A DNA stretch of 64,000 bases from Arenicellales bacterium (GCA_028285795.1 JAPYNL010000020.1:1622-65621), one strand, 5' to 3'. Shown: positions 10,021 to 20,027, counted from the first letter of the stretch. Notes: generated from the sequence alone by a model not told the origin. Numbers and translations are program-made.

Positions 10021-11376
10021 TCACGCTCTCAGTGTAACGAGTTCTTCGGCTGCGGTCGGATGAATGGCAACGGTATTGTCGAAGTCTGACTTGGTAGCCC
10101 CCATCCTGACAGCGACAGCAAAGCCCTGAATCATTTCATCGGCTCCTCGTCCGGCAACATGGCAACCTACAATTCGTTCATCCGGTCCCTCAACAATGAG
10201 TTTGACGAGGGTTCGCGGTTTATGCTCGCAAAGTGCAAAGTACATGTCGACAAAGGTGTTTCGATAAACCTTGATTGAATCCTTGCCGAAATGATCCATT
10301 GCAGCCGCCTCGGTCAACCCTACGGTGCCCACAGGTGGGTGGGAAAACACGACTGTCGGAATATTGGAATAATCCAGCCTGGCTTCTTTCTGTCCGCCAA
10401 AAACCCGATCGGAGAGTTTGCGTCCGGCGGCGATGGCAACAGGTGTCAACTGGGCTCGAGGGGTGACGTCACCCACTGCATAAATTCCGCTCTGAGCGGT
10501 ATTCTGGAACTGATCGGTATCAATGAAGCCCCGGTCATTGGGACTTAATCCGGCATTTTCGAGATTGAGGGATTGAGTATTGGGACGCCTTCCGATAGCC
10601 CAGATTACACAATCGAATCCCCCTCTGGCATTGCCTTCGGTATCTTCGTATTCAATGTTGCCGCGTTTACCGTCCAGTCTGGCAAGAGAAATATTTCGAA
10701 TGATTTCGATCCCGGATTCTTCCATATGCTCAAGAACGGTCTGCTGCAGGTCTGTATCGAATGCACCCAGCAACCGGTTTTTTCGCAAAGCCATGGTGAC
10801 TTGACTGCCAAGTCCATGCATCAGTCCAGCGAGTTCTGTCGCAATATAGCCGGAACCTACCACGAGCAGATTGGACGGCTGTTCTTCCAATTCAAAAAAG
10901 CCGTTGCTGTCGATGCCAAGTTCCGTGCCTTCAAGGTTCGGATTCGAAGGCTGTCCTCCGGTGGAAATCAGGACATGCTCAGCAGAGTAACGTTCTTCAT
11001 TGACTTCAACAGAATCAGGCGAGACAAAGCGTGCGACACCCTGTTTGACGTTCACTCCGGATTTTTCCAGGTTTCGGGCATAGATCCCATTCAGTCTATG
11101 TATGTAGACGTCTCTGGATGACTTGAGCTTGTGCCAGTCAAGATGGCCTGATGTGACGGGCATTCCATATTGATGAGCGAGGCTGACTGTTTCGTGGATT
11201 TGCGAGGCTGACCACATCACTTTTTTCGGAACACAGCCGACATTTACGCAAGTACCCCCAAGATTGCCGTTTTCAATCAGCAGGACATCGGCACCATACT
11301 CGGCAGCCCTTCGTGCCGAAGCGATGCCGCCGCTACCGCCTCCAATAACAATGTAGTCGTATTTCTCGGTATTCAT
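10021..11376 (-). CDS. gor: Glutathione-disulfide reductase
   Basis: Start trimmed to MNTEKYDYIVIGGGSGGIA (ATG at 11376), giving 451 aa. The redox-active site is GGTCVNVGCVPKK, and the C-terminus HPTAAEEL is typical of Gor. Confidence 0.9.
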   Translation of the reverse strand: MNTEKYDYIVIGGGSGGIASARRAAEYGADVLLIENGNLGGTCVNVGCVPKKVMWSASQIHETVSLAHQYGMPVTSGHLDWHKLKSSRDVYIHRLNGIYARNLEKSGVNVKQGVARFVSPDSVEVNEERYSAEHVLISTGGQPSNPNLEGTELGIDSNGFFELEEQPSNLLVVGSGYIATELAGLMHGLGSQVTMALRKNRLLGAFDTDLQQTVLEHMEESGIEIIRNISLARLDGKRGNIEYEDTEGNARGGFDCVIWAIGRRPNTQSLNLENAGLSPNDRGFIDTDQFQNTAQSGIYAVGDVTPRAQLTPVAIAAGRKLSDRVFGGQKEARLDYSNIPTVVFSHPPVGTVGLTEAAAMDHFGKDSIKVYRNTFVDMYFALCEHKPRTLVKLIVEGPDERIVGCHVAGRGADEMIQGFAVAVRMGATKSDFDNTVAIHPTAAEELVTLRA

Positions 11377-12405
11377 TCGATATTCCTGAAAGAATTGTTG
11401 ATTGCGAACTGTGTCAGGCACAGCCAGAATGGAAGTTTTCTGATCGATGATGCTGGATAATTGCTCGAGTGGGTATTTCAAAGTATAGCGGTTCGATCAG
11501 CAGTATGGAAAACGATTCATTTGAAAGCGCAAAAACCGCATGGATTCATCCCCTGTATTTTTCCATATCGGCATAATGACGGGGCCGGCAACGGAAGCCC
11601 TTGCATGGAGCAAAGCCAGGAATTACCGGCTTCTTCCATCAAGAAGAGGCTTGTCCAAAATCGACTGTCGAGCGTCAACTGCCTGAAACCATGAGCATGC
11701 CTGGATACAGGCCCCTGCCTTGTTTCGTGCATCGCCGTTCATTTCCGGTCTCCATACGGGTGCAGGGTCAGGTGACCGTACAGAGCAGGATATGCGGTCG
11801 GTGGTGGGTATACAATGGTGCAGCATCATGGTATTCCCTCTGCGGCTCCGGCGGGCATGACGGATCCCAAATGCCGGATGACCAGGCGGGCCATCAAAAA
11901 GGGATGACTGAACGACAGGGCACTGTGGCAGGAACCGGTCCTGCCCATGAGGTGGCTGGAATGCAGGGTTTCCTCAGCGGCTTCATCGGAAGGCCATGTT
12001 CTGGATAACGGCCTTGCTGGCGCTCTGCCGTGATTCACCCGGGACACCGGAATCTGCAAGAACGGTCTGGCTTTCGATGTCATTGAAGACGCATGCAGTT
12101 CATGGACAGGAACATTTTCCGGAGCCGGACAGACACTGGATTGCGTGCCGGCTGATTATTTCCTGTCCAGCAACAGCTGACTGAAGCACCGCGGAGAAAA
12201 ATACTCTGTCAGCAGGCAGAATGCCGGACTGATGGCCCATCTCATGAGGTATTTTCCGCAGCTGGATTTCTCCGATATGACCAGCCCGCCGAATCCGGAA
12301 TCAGTTGGGGTTATAATGGGTCAAGTATAATGGCGACGGAACGGGCTATAATTTTTGCAAGCATCCTGACTTGAAAAGCGGTCAGTTGCTTCGATTGGCT
12401 TCTAC

Positions 12406-13203
12406 ATGAGCAACCGGGTGCCTGGTTTTGCCAGATCGGACAACTTCAAGACACAGTTTCATATCTTGTCAATTAAAGAAATCATCGCATCAAGGAGAAC
12501 CAGCAAGGTTCTTGCCAAGTCGCCATTAGAGGCCGATTTTGACCAGGCTCTTCTTGAGTCTCTGGTCAATGCGGCAGCCTATGCACCGTTTCACTACATG
12601 GCCGCCAATTCCCATCGTGAAAAGCTTTCCGACAATGCCCCGGAACCATGGCGAATTTATATTCTGAATCGAACGATCTGCAGACAACTCAGAAAGTGGC
12701 TGATTGGCCGCAATGACAAGACAAAAGTAGCAGAAATGCTGGCTGCTGCGGATATGCTGTTGCAGGTAACCTGGTGTCCGACGACAGCGGACGAGCCAGC
12801 AGGGAATGCGGAGCCTGACGGTTTTGATGCGACCCAAACCAATATGGAACATATCGCTGCCACTGCTGCAGCGATTCAAAACATGATCCTGACTGCTACC
12901 GAGCACGAGATCCCGAACTACTGGTCAAGCGGAGGATCATTGCGAGAAAGGGAAACGTTTGACTTGCTCGGTATTCCCCATGACGAAATTTTACTGGGAT
13001 CCGTGTTCTTCTTCCCCAGAAATGCAGATCAGAATCAAAACGTGACCATGTTTCCGGGAAAAATGCGCGAGCGTCGCAGCTTTGACCGCACCTGGTGTCA
13101 CCGGATAGAAGGGTTGAACATGAATTCCAGCAGCAAGTCAACAGCTCAGAAAGTCACTACGACTGTACGCATGGGGCGGAATTCGAAAGTATCTATGGAG
13201 TAG
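12406..13203 (+). CDS. Nitroreductase-family protein
   Basis: 265 aa with an N-terminal RRTSKVL segment, AAAYAPFH, and a later AIQNMILTATEHEIPNYWSSGG segment typical of the nitroreductase fold. Specific function unknown. Confidence 0.6.
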   Translation: MSNRVPGFARSDNFKTQFHILSIKEIIASRRTSKVLAKSPLEADFDQALLESLVNAAAYAPFHYMAANSHREKLSDNAPEPWRIYILNRTICRQLRKWLIGRNDKTKVAEMLAAADMLLQVTWCPTTADEPAGNAEPDGFDATQTNMEHIAATAAAIQNMILTATEHEIPNYWSSGGSLRERETFDLLGIPHDEILLGSVFFFPRNADQNQNVTMFPGKMRERRSFDRTWCHRIEGLNMNSSSKSTAQKVTTTVRMGRNSKVSME

Positions 13204-13209
13204 CAAGAC

Positions 13210-14460
13210 ATGGGCAAATCCGTTCAGCACCTTCGAATTAACGGCGACCGGCTTTGGAAAAGCATCATGGATATTGCCGAGATTGGCCCGGGTCAACATG
13301 GAGGGTCAAGTCGCCTGGCCCTGACCGAGGAAGACCGACAAGCCAGGGATCTATTTGTGAAGTGGTGCAAAAACGAAGCGTGTTCGGTATCGATTGATGA
13401 CATGGGGAATATTTTTGCCCGAAGACCCGGGACCGAGGACACGAAACTTCCGATTTGCGCAGGCAGTCACCTCGATACTCAACCGCATGGTGGACGCTTT
13501 GATGGAATCTATGGCGTGCTGGCGGCTTTGGAAGTGGTGCGTACACTAAACGAAAACTCCATCAGGACCAGGGCACCGATCGAGATTGTCGATTGGACCA
13601 ATGAAGAAGGCTCAAGATTTGCCCCGGCCATGATCGCTTCAGGCGTATACGCAGGTCTCTTCGACAAGCAATATGCCTGGGCACAAGAGGATGTGAAAGG
13701 CATCACTTTACTGGATGCACTCAGGGATATCGGCTATCTGGGGCAAGAGCCATGCGGAGCGCATTCCCTGGGCGCATTGTTTGAAGCACACATCGAACAG
13801 GGGCCAGTTCTCGAGGAAGCGGAAGACCAGATCGGGATCGTAACCGGAGGGCAGGGGGTCAAGTGGTTCGATATCACGGTATCAGGCCAGGACTCCCATT
13901 CGGGGACCACGCCGATGCCAAACCGCAAGGATGCACTGGTAGCCGCTTCCGAGATTGTCGGCATGCTGAATCGGCTTGCACTGGACAATTCGCCTCATGC
14001 ACTCGCTACCGTGGGGTGCCTGAACGTTTCACCGGGTTCCCGAAATACCATACCTGGATCAGTGCATTTCTCTGTCGACCTTCGCCATCCTGAAGATGAA
14101 GGGCTCAATAGGCTGGAGCAGGCCATGAAGAAGAATCTTCACGATATATCCGAAAGGCAAGGCATGGATATTCACCTTGAACCCATCTGGCATAACCCGC
14201 CGGTCAAGTTTGATCCTGACTGTATTGATGCGGTCAGGGAAGCGTCAGATCGACTGGGCTTGAGGGCCCGGAAAATGATTTCCGGTGCAGGTCACGATGC
14301 CTGCCAGGTTTGTCGGGTGATGCCGACAGCCATGATTTTTGTTCCGTGTCTGGATGGCTTGAGTCACAACGAAGCCGAGTATGCAAAACCCGAAGACCTG
14401 GCGGCTGGATGCAATGTATTGCTGCACGCAATGCTGAAGGTGGCAGGTGTTGACACATAA
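13210..14460 (+). CDS. M20-family Zn amidohydrolase (N-carbamoyl-L-amino-acid hydrolase / allantoate amidohydrolase type)
   Basis: 416 aa. The sequences GGSSRLALTEEDRQARD, GSHLDTQPHGGRFDGIYGVLAALEV and NEEGSRF match the AmaB/AllC family pattern. Confidence 0.8.
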   Translation: MGKSVQHLRINGDRLWKSIMDIAEIGPGQHGGSSRLALTEEDRQARDLFVKWCKNEACSVSIDDMGNIFARRPGTEDTKLPICAGSHLDTQPHGGRFDGIYGVLAALEVVRTLNENSIRTRAPIEIVDWTNEEGSRFAPAMIASGVYAGLFDKQYAWAQEDVKGITLLDALRDIGYLGQEPCGAHSLGALFEAHIEQGPVLEEAEDQIGIVTGGQGVKWFDITVSGQDSHSGTTPMPNRKDALVAASEIVGMLNRLALDNSPHALATVGCLNVSPGSRNTIPGSVHFSVDLRHPEDEGLNRLEQAMKKNLHDISERQGMDIHLEPIWHNPPVKFDPDCIDAVREASDRLGLRARKMISGAGHDACQVCRVMPTAMIFVPCLDGLSHNEAEYAKPEDLAAGCNVLLHAMLKVAGVDT

Positions 14461-14481
14461 AACCAAGATTGGGGAAATACT

Positions 14482-15594
14482 ATGGAAACCAAAGCGGCAG
14501 TAGCCCATGAGGCAGGTCAGCGATTGAGCATTGAAACGGTCCAGCTCGAAGGGCCGAAGGCCGGTGAGGTCATGGTCGAAATCAAGGCTACCGGAATTTG
14601 CCATACCGATGAATTCACGCTTTCCGGTGCAGACCCTGAAGGTCTGTTTCCAGCGATACTGGGGCATGAGGGGGCAGGCGTTGTGGTTGATGTTGGGCCC
14701 GACGTAACCAGCGTTAGAAGAGGGGATCATGTGATTCCCCTGTATACCCCGGAATGCCGGCAGTGTGACTACTGCACGAGTGGAAAAACCAATCTCTGCC
14801 AAGCCATACGTGTAACACAGGGTCAGGGCATGATGCCCGATGGCACCAGCCGCTTTTCTCTGGGCAATGAATCGATCTACCATTATATGGGCACTTCGAC
14901 CTTCTCCAATTTTACGGTGCTGCCGGAAATTGCCGTAGCCCGAATTCGCAAGGATGCGCCATTTGACAAGGTCTGCTACATCGGTTGCGGGGTGACCACG
15001 GGCATTGGGGCGGTCATGAATACTGCCAAGGTCAAGCCTGGCGACAATGTTGTGGTGTTCGGGCTTGGCGGAATCGGCCTGAATGTTATTCAGGGTGCCC
15101 GGCTTTGTGGCGCAGATATCATCGTCGGCGTTGATATTAATCCTGATCGTGAGGAACTGGCAAGCCAGTTCGGCATGACACATTTCGTCAACCCGAACGA
15201 ATTGAATGGGGAACTGGTCTCGTATCTGGTCAGTCTCACCCATGGAGGTGCGGATTTCAGCTTTGAATGCGTGGGCAATGTGGAGTTGATGCGCCAGGCT
15301 CTGGAATGCTGCCACAAGGGATGGGGTGAGAGCATCATCATCGGAGTTGCCGGTGCCGGACAGGAAATCAGCACGCGACCTTTCCAGCTGGTTACCGGTC
15401 GGGTCTGGCGGGGGACTGCATTCGGCGGAGCCAGAGGAAGAACGGATGTCCCCAGGATTGTGGACTGGTACATGGAAGGCAAAATCAACATTGATGACTT
15501 GATTACCCACAAAATGCCGCTTGAAAGGATCAATGATGCTTTTGATCTCATGCATGCCGGAGAATCCATTCGGAGCGTCGTTGAGTACGAATAG
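14482..15594 (+). CDS. frmA: S-(hydroxymethyl)glutathione dehydrogenase / class III alcohol dehydrogenase
   Basis: 370 aa. GICHTDEFTLSGADPEGLFPAILGHEGAGVV and the length are characteristic of class III ADH. Confidence 0.9.
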   Translation: METKAAVAHEAGQRLSIETVQLEGPKAGEVMVEIKATGICHTDEFTLSGADPEGLFPAILGHEGAGVVVDVGPDVTSVRRGDHVIPLYTPECRQCDYCTSGKTNLCQAIRVTQGQGMMPDGTSRFSLGNESIYHYMGTSTFSNFTVLPEIAVARIRKDAPFDKVCYIGCGVTTGIGAVMNTAKVKPGDNVVVFGLGGIGLNVIQGARLCGADIIVGVDINPDREELASQFGMTHFVNPNELNGELVSYLVSLTHGGADFSFECVGNVELMRQALECCHKGWGESIIIGVAGAGQEISTRPFQLVTGRVWRGTAFGGARGRTDVPRIVDWYMEGKINIDDLITHKMPLERINDAFDLMHAGESIRSVVEYE

Positions 15595-15641
15595 ATGGGA
15601 CTGCGCCTGTAGCTGAGTACAGTTCGTTGTTGTTGCTGAAT

Positions 15642-16796
15642 TTACGGGATCATGCGCTCGATGATTTCATCAATGAACAGGTATCCCCGATCCGTGCAGC
15701 GAAGTAGGCCATTCTCGATGACCAGTAAATCTTCATCACGGAAAACCTGAGCAAGAGAGAGCAAATCTTCTCGATTCAGTAACGTTCGCTGTTCAAATGC
15801 ATCGAGGCTAACGCCCTGCTTGATGCGAAGCGCGTTCATCATGAATTCGACCATCAGGTATTCCTGACGAACAGGTTCATGGTTCTTCCATGATGCGCCA
15901 CTTGCCACTTTACGCTGGTAATGTTCAGGGTGTTTCTCTTTCCAGATGCGCAGGACTCCGTCCTCGGCCAGAATTTTGGAGTGGGCGCCGGCACCGATTC
16001 CCAGATAATCGCCGAAAGTCCAGTAATGCATATTGTGTCTGCACTGCATGCCGGCCCTGGCATAGGCAGAAACTTCATACTGAACATAACCGTGATCCTC
16101 AAGTAGCGCCTGCAACCCCGTTTGCATCCGATAGATGCTGTCATGATCTGCCAGTGTTGGGGGATCAAGATAGAACAGCGTGTTCGGTTCAAGCGTCAAT
16201 TGATAGCATGAGATATGCTCAGTACCAAAAGCGATTGCATGCTCGCAATCCTTGATTGCCATATCAAGCGATTGATCGGGCAAGCCATACATCATGTCGA
16301 TATTGATATTGCAGAATCCTGACGTGCGGGCATTTTCGAGAGCCTTGCGGACGTCATCTGCATGGTGAATGCGACCGATACGGATCAAGCAGCCATCGTC
16401 GAGGCTCTGCACGCCCAGGGATAGCCGATTGATGCCGGCATCGAGATACTCGCCGAACTGGTCATGATGTTCAAGGCTGCCCGGATTCGCTTCAAGCGTG
16501 ACTTCCAGATCGTCCCGACAGCTGACACGATCCCTGATGTATCGGATCAGGCGTTTCAGAGACTTGCCAGAGAACAGGCTGGGTGTCCCACCGCCAAGGA
16601 AGATCGATGTTATGGTGCGGTTCCTGAATGCATCAATCGAATCATCGAAATCCCGAATCAGGGTATTGACGTAACGTCGCTCATCGATCCTGCCCCTTGA
16701 CTCATGCGAGTTGAAATCGCAGTAAGGACATTTCCTGACACACCATGGAAAATGGATATAGAGCGAAAAGTCATCGAAATTTTCAGACAACGACAT
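15642..16796 (-). CDS. hemW: Radical SAM heme chaperone HemW (HemN-like)
   Basis: 384 aa with the radical-SAM motif YIHFPWCVRKCPYCDFNS. HemW-type length. Confidence 0.88.
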   Translation of the reverse strand: MSLSENFDDFSLYIHFPWCVRKCPYCDFNSHESRGRIDERRYVNTLIRDFDDSIDAFRNRTITSIFLGGGTPSLFSGKSLKRLIRYIRDRVSCRDDLEVTLEANPGSLEHHDQFGEYLDAGINRLSLGVQSLDDGCLIRIGRIHHADDVRKALENARTSGFCNINIDMMYGLPDQSLDMAIKDCEHAIAFGTEHISCYQLTLEPNTLFYLDPPTLADHDSIYRMQTGLQALLEDHGYVQYEVSAYARAGMQCRHNMHYWTFGDYLGIGAGAHSKILAEDGVLRIWKEKHPEHYQRKVASGASWKNHEPVRQEYLMVEFMMNALRIKQGVSLDAFEQRTLLNREDLLSLAQVFRDEDLLVIENGLLRCTDRGYLFIDEIIERMIP

Positions 16797-17748
16797 TGAT
16801 CGGAGAGTTCAATTGCCAGGCTTCGATAATCTCTGACATGCTGTTGACCAGACGCTGTCGAGTCTCCCTGGAACCCCAGGCATTGTGGGGAGTTACAATC
16901 AGGTTTGGCACATCCTGCTGCAGCAGAGGGTGTGAGGCTTCTGGAGGTTCAGACTCAAGAACGTCAATACCTGCGCCTGCGATCTGACCCGACCTCAGTG
17001 CGCCGGCAAGGGCATGCGAATCGATGATGGCGCCTCTTGCCGTATTGATCAGAAATGCTTCCGGTTTCATGAGCGCGAGTTCATGCATGCCGATTAGATG
17101 ATGGGTGTCCGGCGTTAATGGGCAGTGTATGGAGACGACATCGCTTTCTTTCAGGAACCGCTGAAAATCGATGCGTTCAGGTGCCGGGCTTGTACCCTTG
17201 CGGCCCGCAACGATCACCTTCATCCCAAGGGCGCGGGCAACTGCGGCAACCTGCTTGCCAAGTGTGCCATATCCAATGACACCGAATACTTTGCCCTTCG
17301 CTTCAACAATCGGATAATCCAGCAAGCAGAATACATCAGTCCTGGGCCAGGCACCTTTCCTCACATCTTCGATATAGAGGTTTTGTCGTGTCAGCAAATT
17401 GAGCACCAACGCTATTGTATGCTGTACAACGGCTGGGGCGGAATATCCGCGAACATTGCAGACCGTTATATTTCGGTTTTTACATGCTTCAAGATCAACA
17501 TTGTCGGTGCCGGTTGCGGCAATCAATACCAGTCCGATATTTTTCGAGTTTTCAATCGCTGCCCGGTCAAGAACGACCTTGTTGGTGATGACAACACGTG
17601 CATCATGAGTCCGTGCTGCGACATTTTCGGCAGCAGTGCTTGGGTATTCAGACCACCTGATCGGCAGGTCCGATAGTGCTCGAAGGTCGATATCTCCACG
17701 ATCAAACGATCGCATATCCAGGATCACGCCCTTCAGTGTTTCGGTCAT
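16783..17748 (-). CDS. D-isomer-specific 2-hydroxyacid dehydrogenase (glycerate dehydrogenase-like)
   Basis: 321 aa with the NAD-binding motif GVIGYGTLGKQVA and a catalytic region (INTARGAIID, TPHNAWGS). It overlaps the hemW start by 14 nt. Confidence 0.85.
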   Translation of the reverse strand: MTETLKGVILDMRSFDRGDIDLRALSDLPIRWSEYPSTAAENVAARTHDARVVITNKVVLDRAAIENSKNIGLVLIAATGTDNVDLEACKNRNITVCNVRGYSAPAVVQHTIALVLNLLTRQNLYIEDVRKGAWPRTDVFCLLDYPIVEAKGKVFGVIGYGTLGKQVAAVARALGMKVIVAGRKGTSPAPERIDFQRFLKESDVVSIHCPLTPDTHHLIGMHELALMKPEAFLINTARGAIIDSHALAGALRSGQIAGAGIDVLESEPPEASHPLLQQDVPNLIVTPHNAWGSRETRQRLVNSMSEIIEAWQLNSPINVVV

Positions 17749-17794
17749 GGGTCAATTTTATGATGGTTCATCGGCTTAGCCATGATGCTCGTTG

Positions 17795-18199
17795 TCATGC
17801 GGCAAAAAACACGGAATGCATCACGCGTCCAGGCAGTAGCGTGAAGCCTCCGGCCAATACCAGTCCAAGAAAAAACAGCATGACCATGCTCATGCGGTGC
17901 TCCCTTATTCGTCCACTGCGGGCAAACATGATTGAACGGACCAATATAACAAGCGTCAGAACCGAAAGCAGGTGAATCCAGCTGAATGGGCCGAGTTGTC
18001 GAAGTTCATTTATCCAGAAACCGGTAATCGCTACGATGACCATCAAGATTACCCACACTGTCCCCGTGCCTCGATGGAGCCGGGTCCCTTTTGGGAGTGC
18101 CAGTTGAACGGTTCCAATGGTCAGGGCCATGATCGCAGCGACCGCATGCATGGAAATGATCGGCCCGCTGTGCCACAAGGGTTCCAGGTTCATGTGCAA
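17795..18199 (-). CDS. Small integral membrane protein, DUF2306-like
   Basis: 134 aa with four hydrophobic helices. The segment LPKGTRLHRGTGTVWV resembles DUF2306 proteins as I remember them. Not verified by search. Confidence 0.5.
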   Translation of the reverse strand: MHMNLEPLWHSGPIISMHAVAAIMALTIGTVQLALPKGTRLHRGTGTVWVILMVIVAITGFWINELRQLGPFSWIHLLSVLTLVILVRSIMFARSGRIREHRMSMVMLFFLGLVLAGGFTLLPGRVMHSVFFAA

Positions 18200-18784
18200 T
18201 CAATTGATGGAGCTGAATTTTAGGAATCAGGTACGGCTTGAGTCAATTCGCCGGTTAGTTCGAACTGAAACGCATTCGTCATAGTTTATACTCTTTCCCT
18301 GAATTAAGATTAGGCGTGATTCAGTTATTCTGCAGATTGTGATTTGCTTCCACGAGAAATTCAACCATCTCCCCGGATTCTTCCATGCCTTGCCGTGCAG
18401 GGATCGAATCATGTTGAGGCTTGTCAAGCCAGCGGAAATCTGGCTCGTTACGCATCCTGGCATGCTTCGATGCTGCATATGAGCTTTGCTGCCTGTGAAG
18501 CGGATGCTCGCATGGAGGAATCAAGCAGTCACGGTCGTTCAGATCGGGTGCCTTGTCATGGCCGACAGGCGTTTGTGATGGGGTTGAAAGCGGTCGATGA
18601 CGAAAGTCAGCCCGATTCTGCATTGGATCAGGCCCCGGCGCAAATTCGGGACAAGGGTTGCCATGGACGATATGAGGGTGATCATCGTTCGATTCATCAT
18701 GTTGCCCCGTGCTTTGGCAGAGAGAAGCGAAATTTGCCGGGTATTCGGGCTAACCCGGCCTAGCATCAGGGCATCAACATTCCA

Positions 18785-19387
18785 ATGGCATTCACTTCTA
18801 TTCGTACTGCACTTCAAATGCATAATCCGCTGAGAATATCTCCCGGAGGATGTCATGAGGCTGCGGTGGCCATGCTGCTTTGCGATCTGGATAAAAAGCC
18901 TAAAATGTTTTTCATTCAGCGGGCATTGCATGAACAAGACCCCTGGTCTGGTCAAGTCGCCTTCCCGGGCGGAAGTCGGGATCCCGGGGATGCCGATACA
19001 TTGTATACCGCACAACGCGAGACCATGGAAGAGGTCGGGATCTGTCTTGACGATTGTTCTCTTCTTGGCCAGCTTGACGATCAAAAAAGCTTTATTGAGA
19101 TCAATTCCAAGCCTATAGTGATCAACTGCTATGTTTTTGAAGTGTCGGGAATTGTTTCTCCAAAAAATAGCGATGAAGTCCATTGCAGCTTCTGGATACA
19201 ACTTGACCATTTAACCAATCCCGTGAATCGCATGACCCATCAGATGAAAAGATCGAATGAGTCCCGTCCGGCAGTCAAACTGGAAGATGGCAAGGTGCTT
19301 TGGGGCTTGACCTATCGTTTCGTAAATATGCTGATCCACAAGATCGGCCTTGATTCAGGCGCAGATTCCGATCAGGGAAGCGCATAG
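18785..19387 (+). CDS. NUDIX hydrolase, CoA pyrophosphatase type
   Basis: 200 aa with a NUDIX box (GQVAFPGGSRDPGDADTLYTAQRETMEEVGI), as in NudL-like CoA pyrophosphatases. Confidence 0.8.
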   Translation: MAFTSIRTALQMHNPLRISPGGCHEAAVAMLLCDLDKKPKMFFIQRALHEQDPWSGQVAFPGGSRDPGDADTLYTAQRETMEEVGICLDDCSLLGQLDDQKSFIEINSKPIVINCYVFEVSGIVSPKNSDEVHCSFWIQLDHLTNPVNRMTHQMKRSNESRPAVKLEDGKVLWGLTYRFVNMLIHKIGLDSGADSDQGSA

Positions 19388-19937
19388 TCAAGTTACTGTC
19401 ACCCCTTATACAAATGCCATTCCCCCTTTTCGGGGCTTTCTGGATGATGATCTTGCCGGTACAAGCCTGCCTGGCAATGCATGGACTGAGATACAGTCAA
19501 AGACGGCAGTCTTTCCTCTCTTGGTGCTTTCGAGGACAGGGCGCAAACCTGGGTTGCAGTACTGCATAGCTGCAATGGAAGTCAACTTTGCGGTAATTTC
19601 CGGTGATCGGGTATGGCCTTTTGTAGAGTTGTCCGGATTTTGATGCAGCTTTCGCGCCGACTCACGGAGATTCCGGTGCGAGAAGTCATTCCGTGCCAGG
19701 ACTCTCTGGCCTGTCCGTAAATCTCGAACCCTATTTTGTGTCCGGTCTTGCCTGTCCGGCTAATAAATCGAGACCTTCTCTGCAACAGACTGCATTCCGG
19801 GAATGCTGATTCTCAACGGTGATTCTGCCTGTCCGCACACCTAGGCAGAATGAATAGCTGATTGAGAAAAAAACAGCAATAAGTCCCCGATACTGCTTTT
19901 TTTAGCCATCTCCCTTAAAAAATATGTGTAAATTCGA

Positions 19938-19990
19938 TTGACAATGACATATTAAGTGGTAAAAAATAGCAAAAAGTGGGTTATAGTGGG
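19938..19990 (+). promoter_or_regulatory. Putative dcw-cluster promoter with MraZ-type pentamer repeats
   Basis: TTGACA at 19938-19943 and an A/T-rich -10-like TAAAAA at 19960-19965. GTGGT (19956), GTGGG (19976) and GTGGG (19986) are in 10-bp register, about 40-70 nt upstream of the mraZ ATG. The E. coli MraZ operator is a series of TGGGN repeats spaced about one helical turn apart. Confidence 0.55.
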
Positions 19991-20027
19991 CTAAAAGTAA
20001 AAACGCCATTCGGATTGTCAGGGTTTT

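Noticed and set aside
14245-15555. 436-aa ORF on the minus strand
   Set aside because: It lies entirely antisense to the strongly supported class III alcohol dehydrogenase gene (14482..15594). Its sequence is low-complexity and has no recognisable motifs, so it is a typical shadow ORF.
19388-19937. RNase P RNA (rnpB), tmRNA, 6S or SRP RNA in the long mraZ leader
   Set aside because: rnpB lies near mraZ in pseudomonads, so I checked both strands. The conserved GAGGAAAGUCCGG / ACAGAACCCGGCUUA strings are absent, with only a partial GAGGAAAGAC on the minus strand at the wrong spacing. I saw no tmRNA tag or 3' end, and no SRP GGAAG-type motifs.
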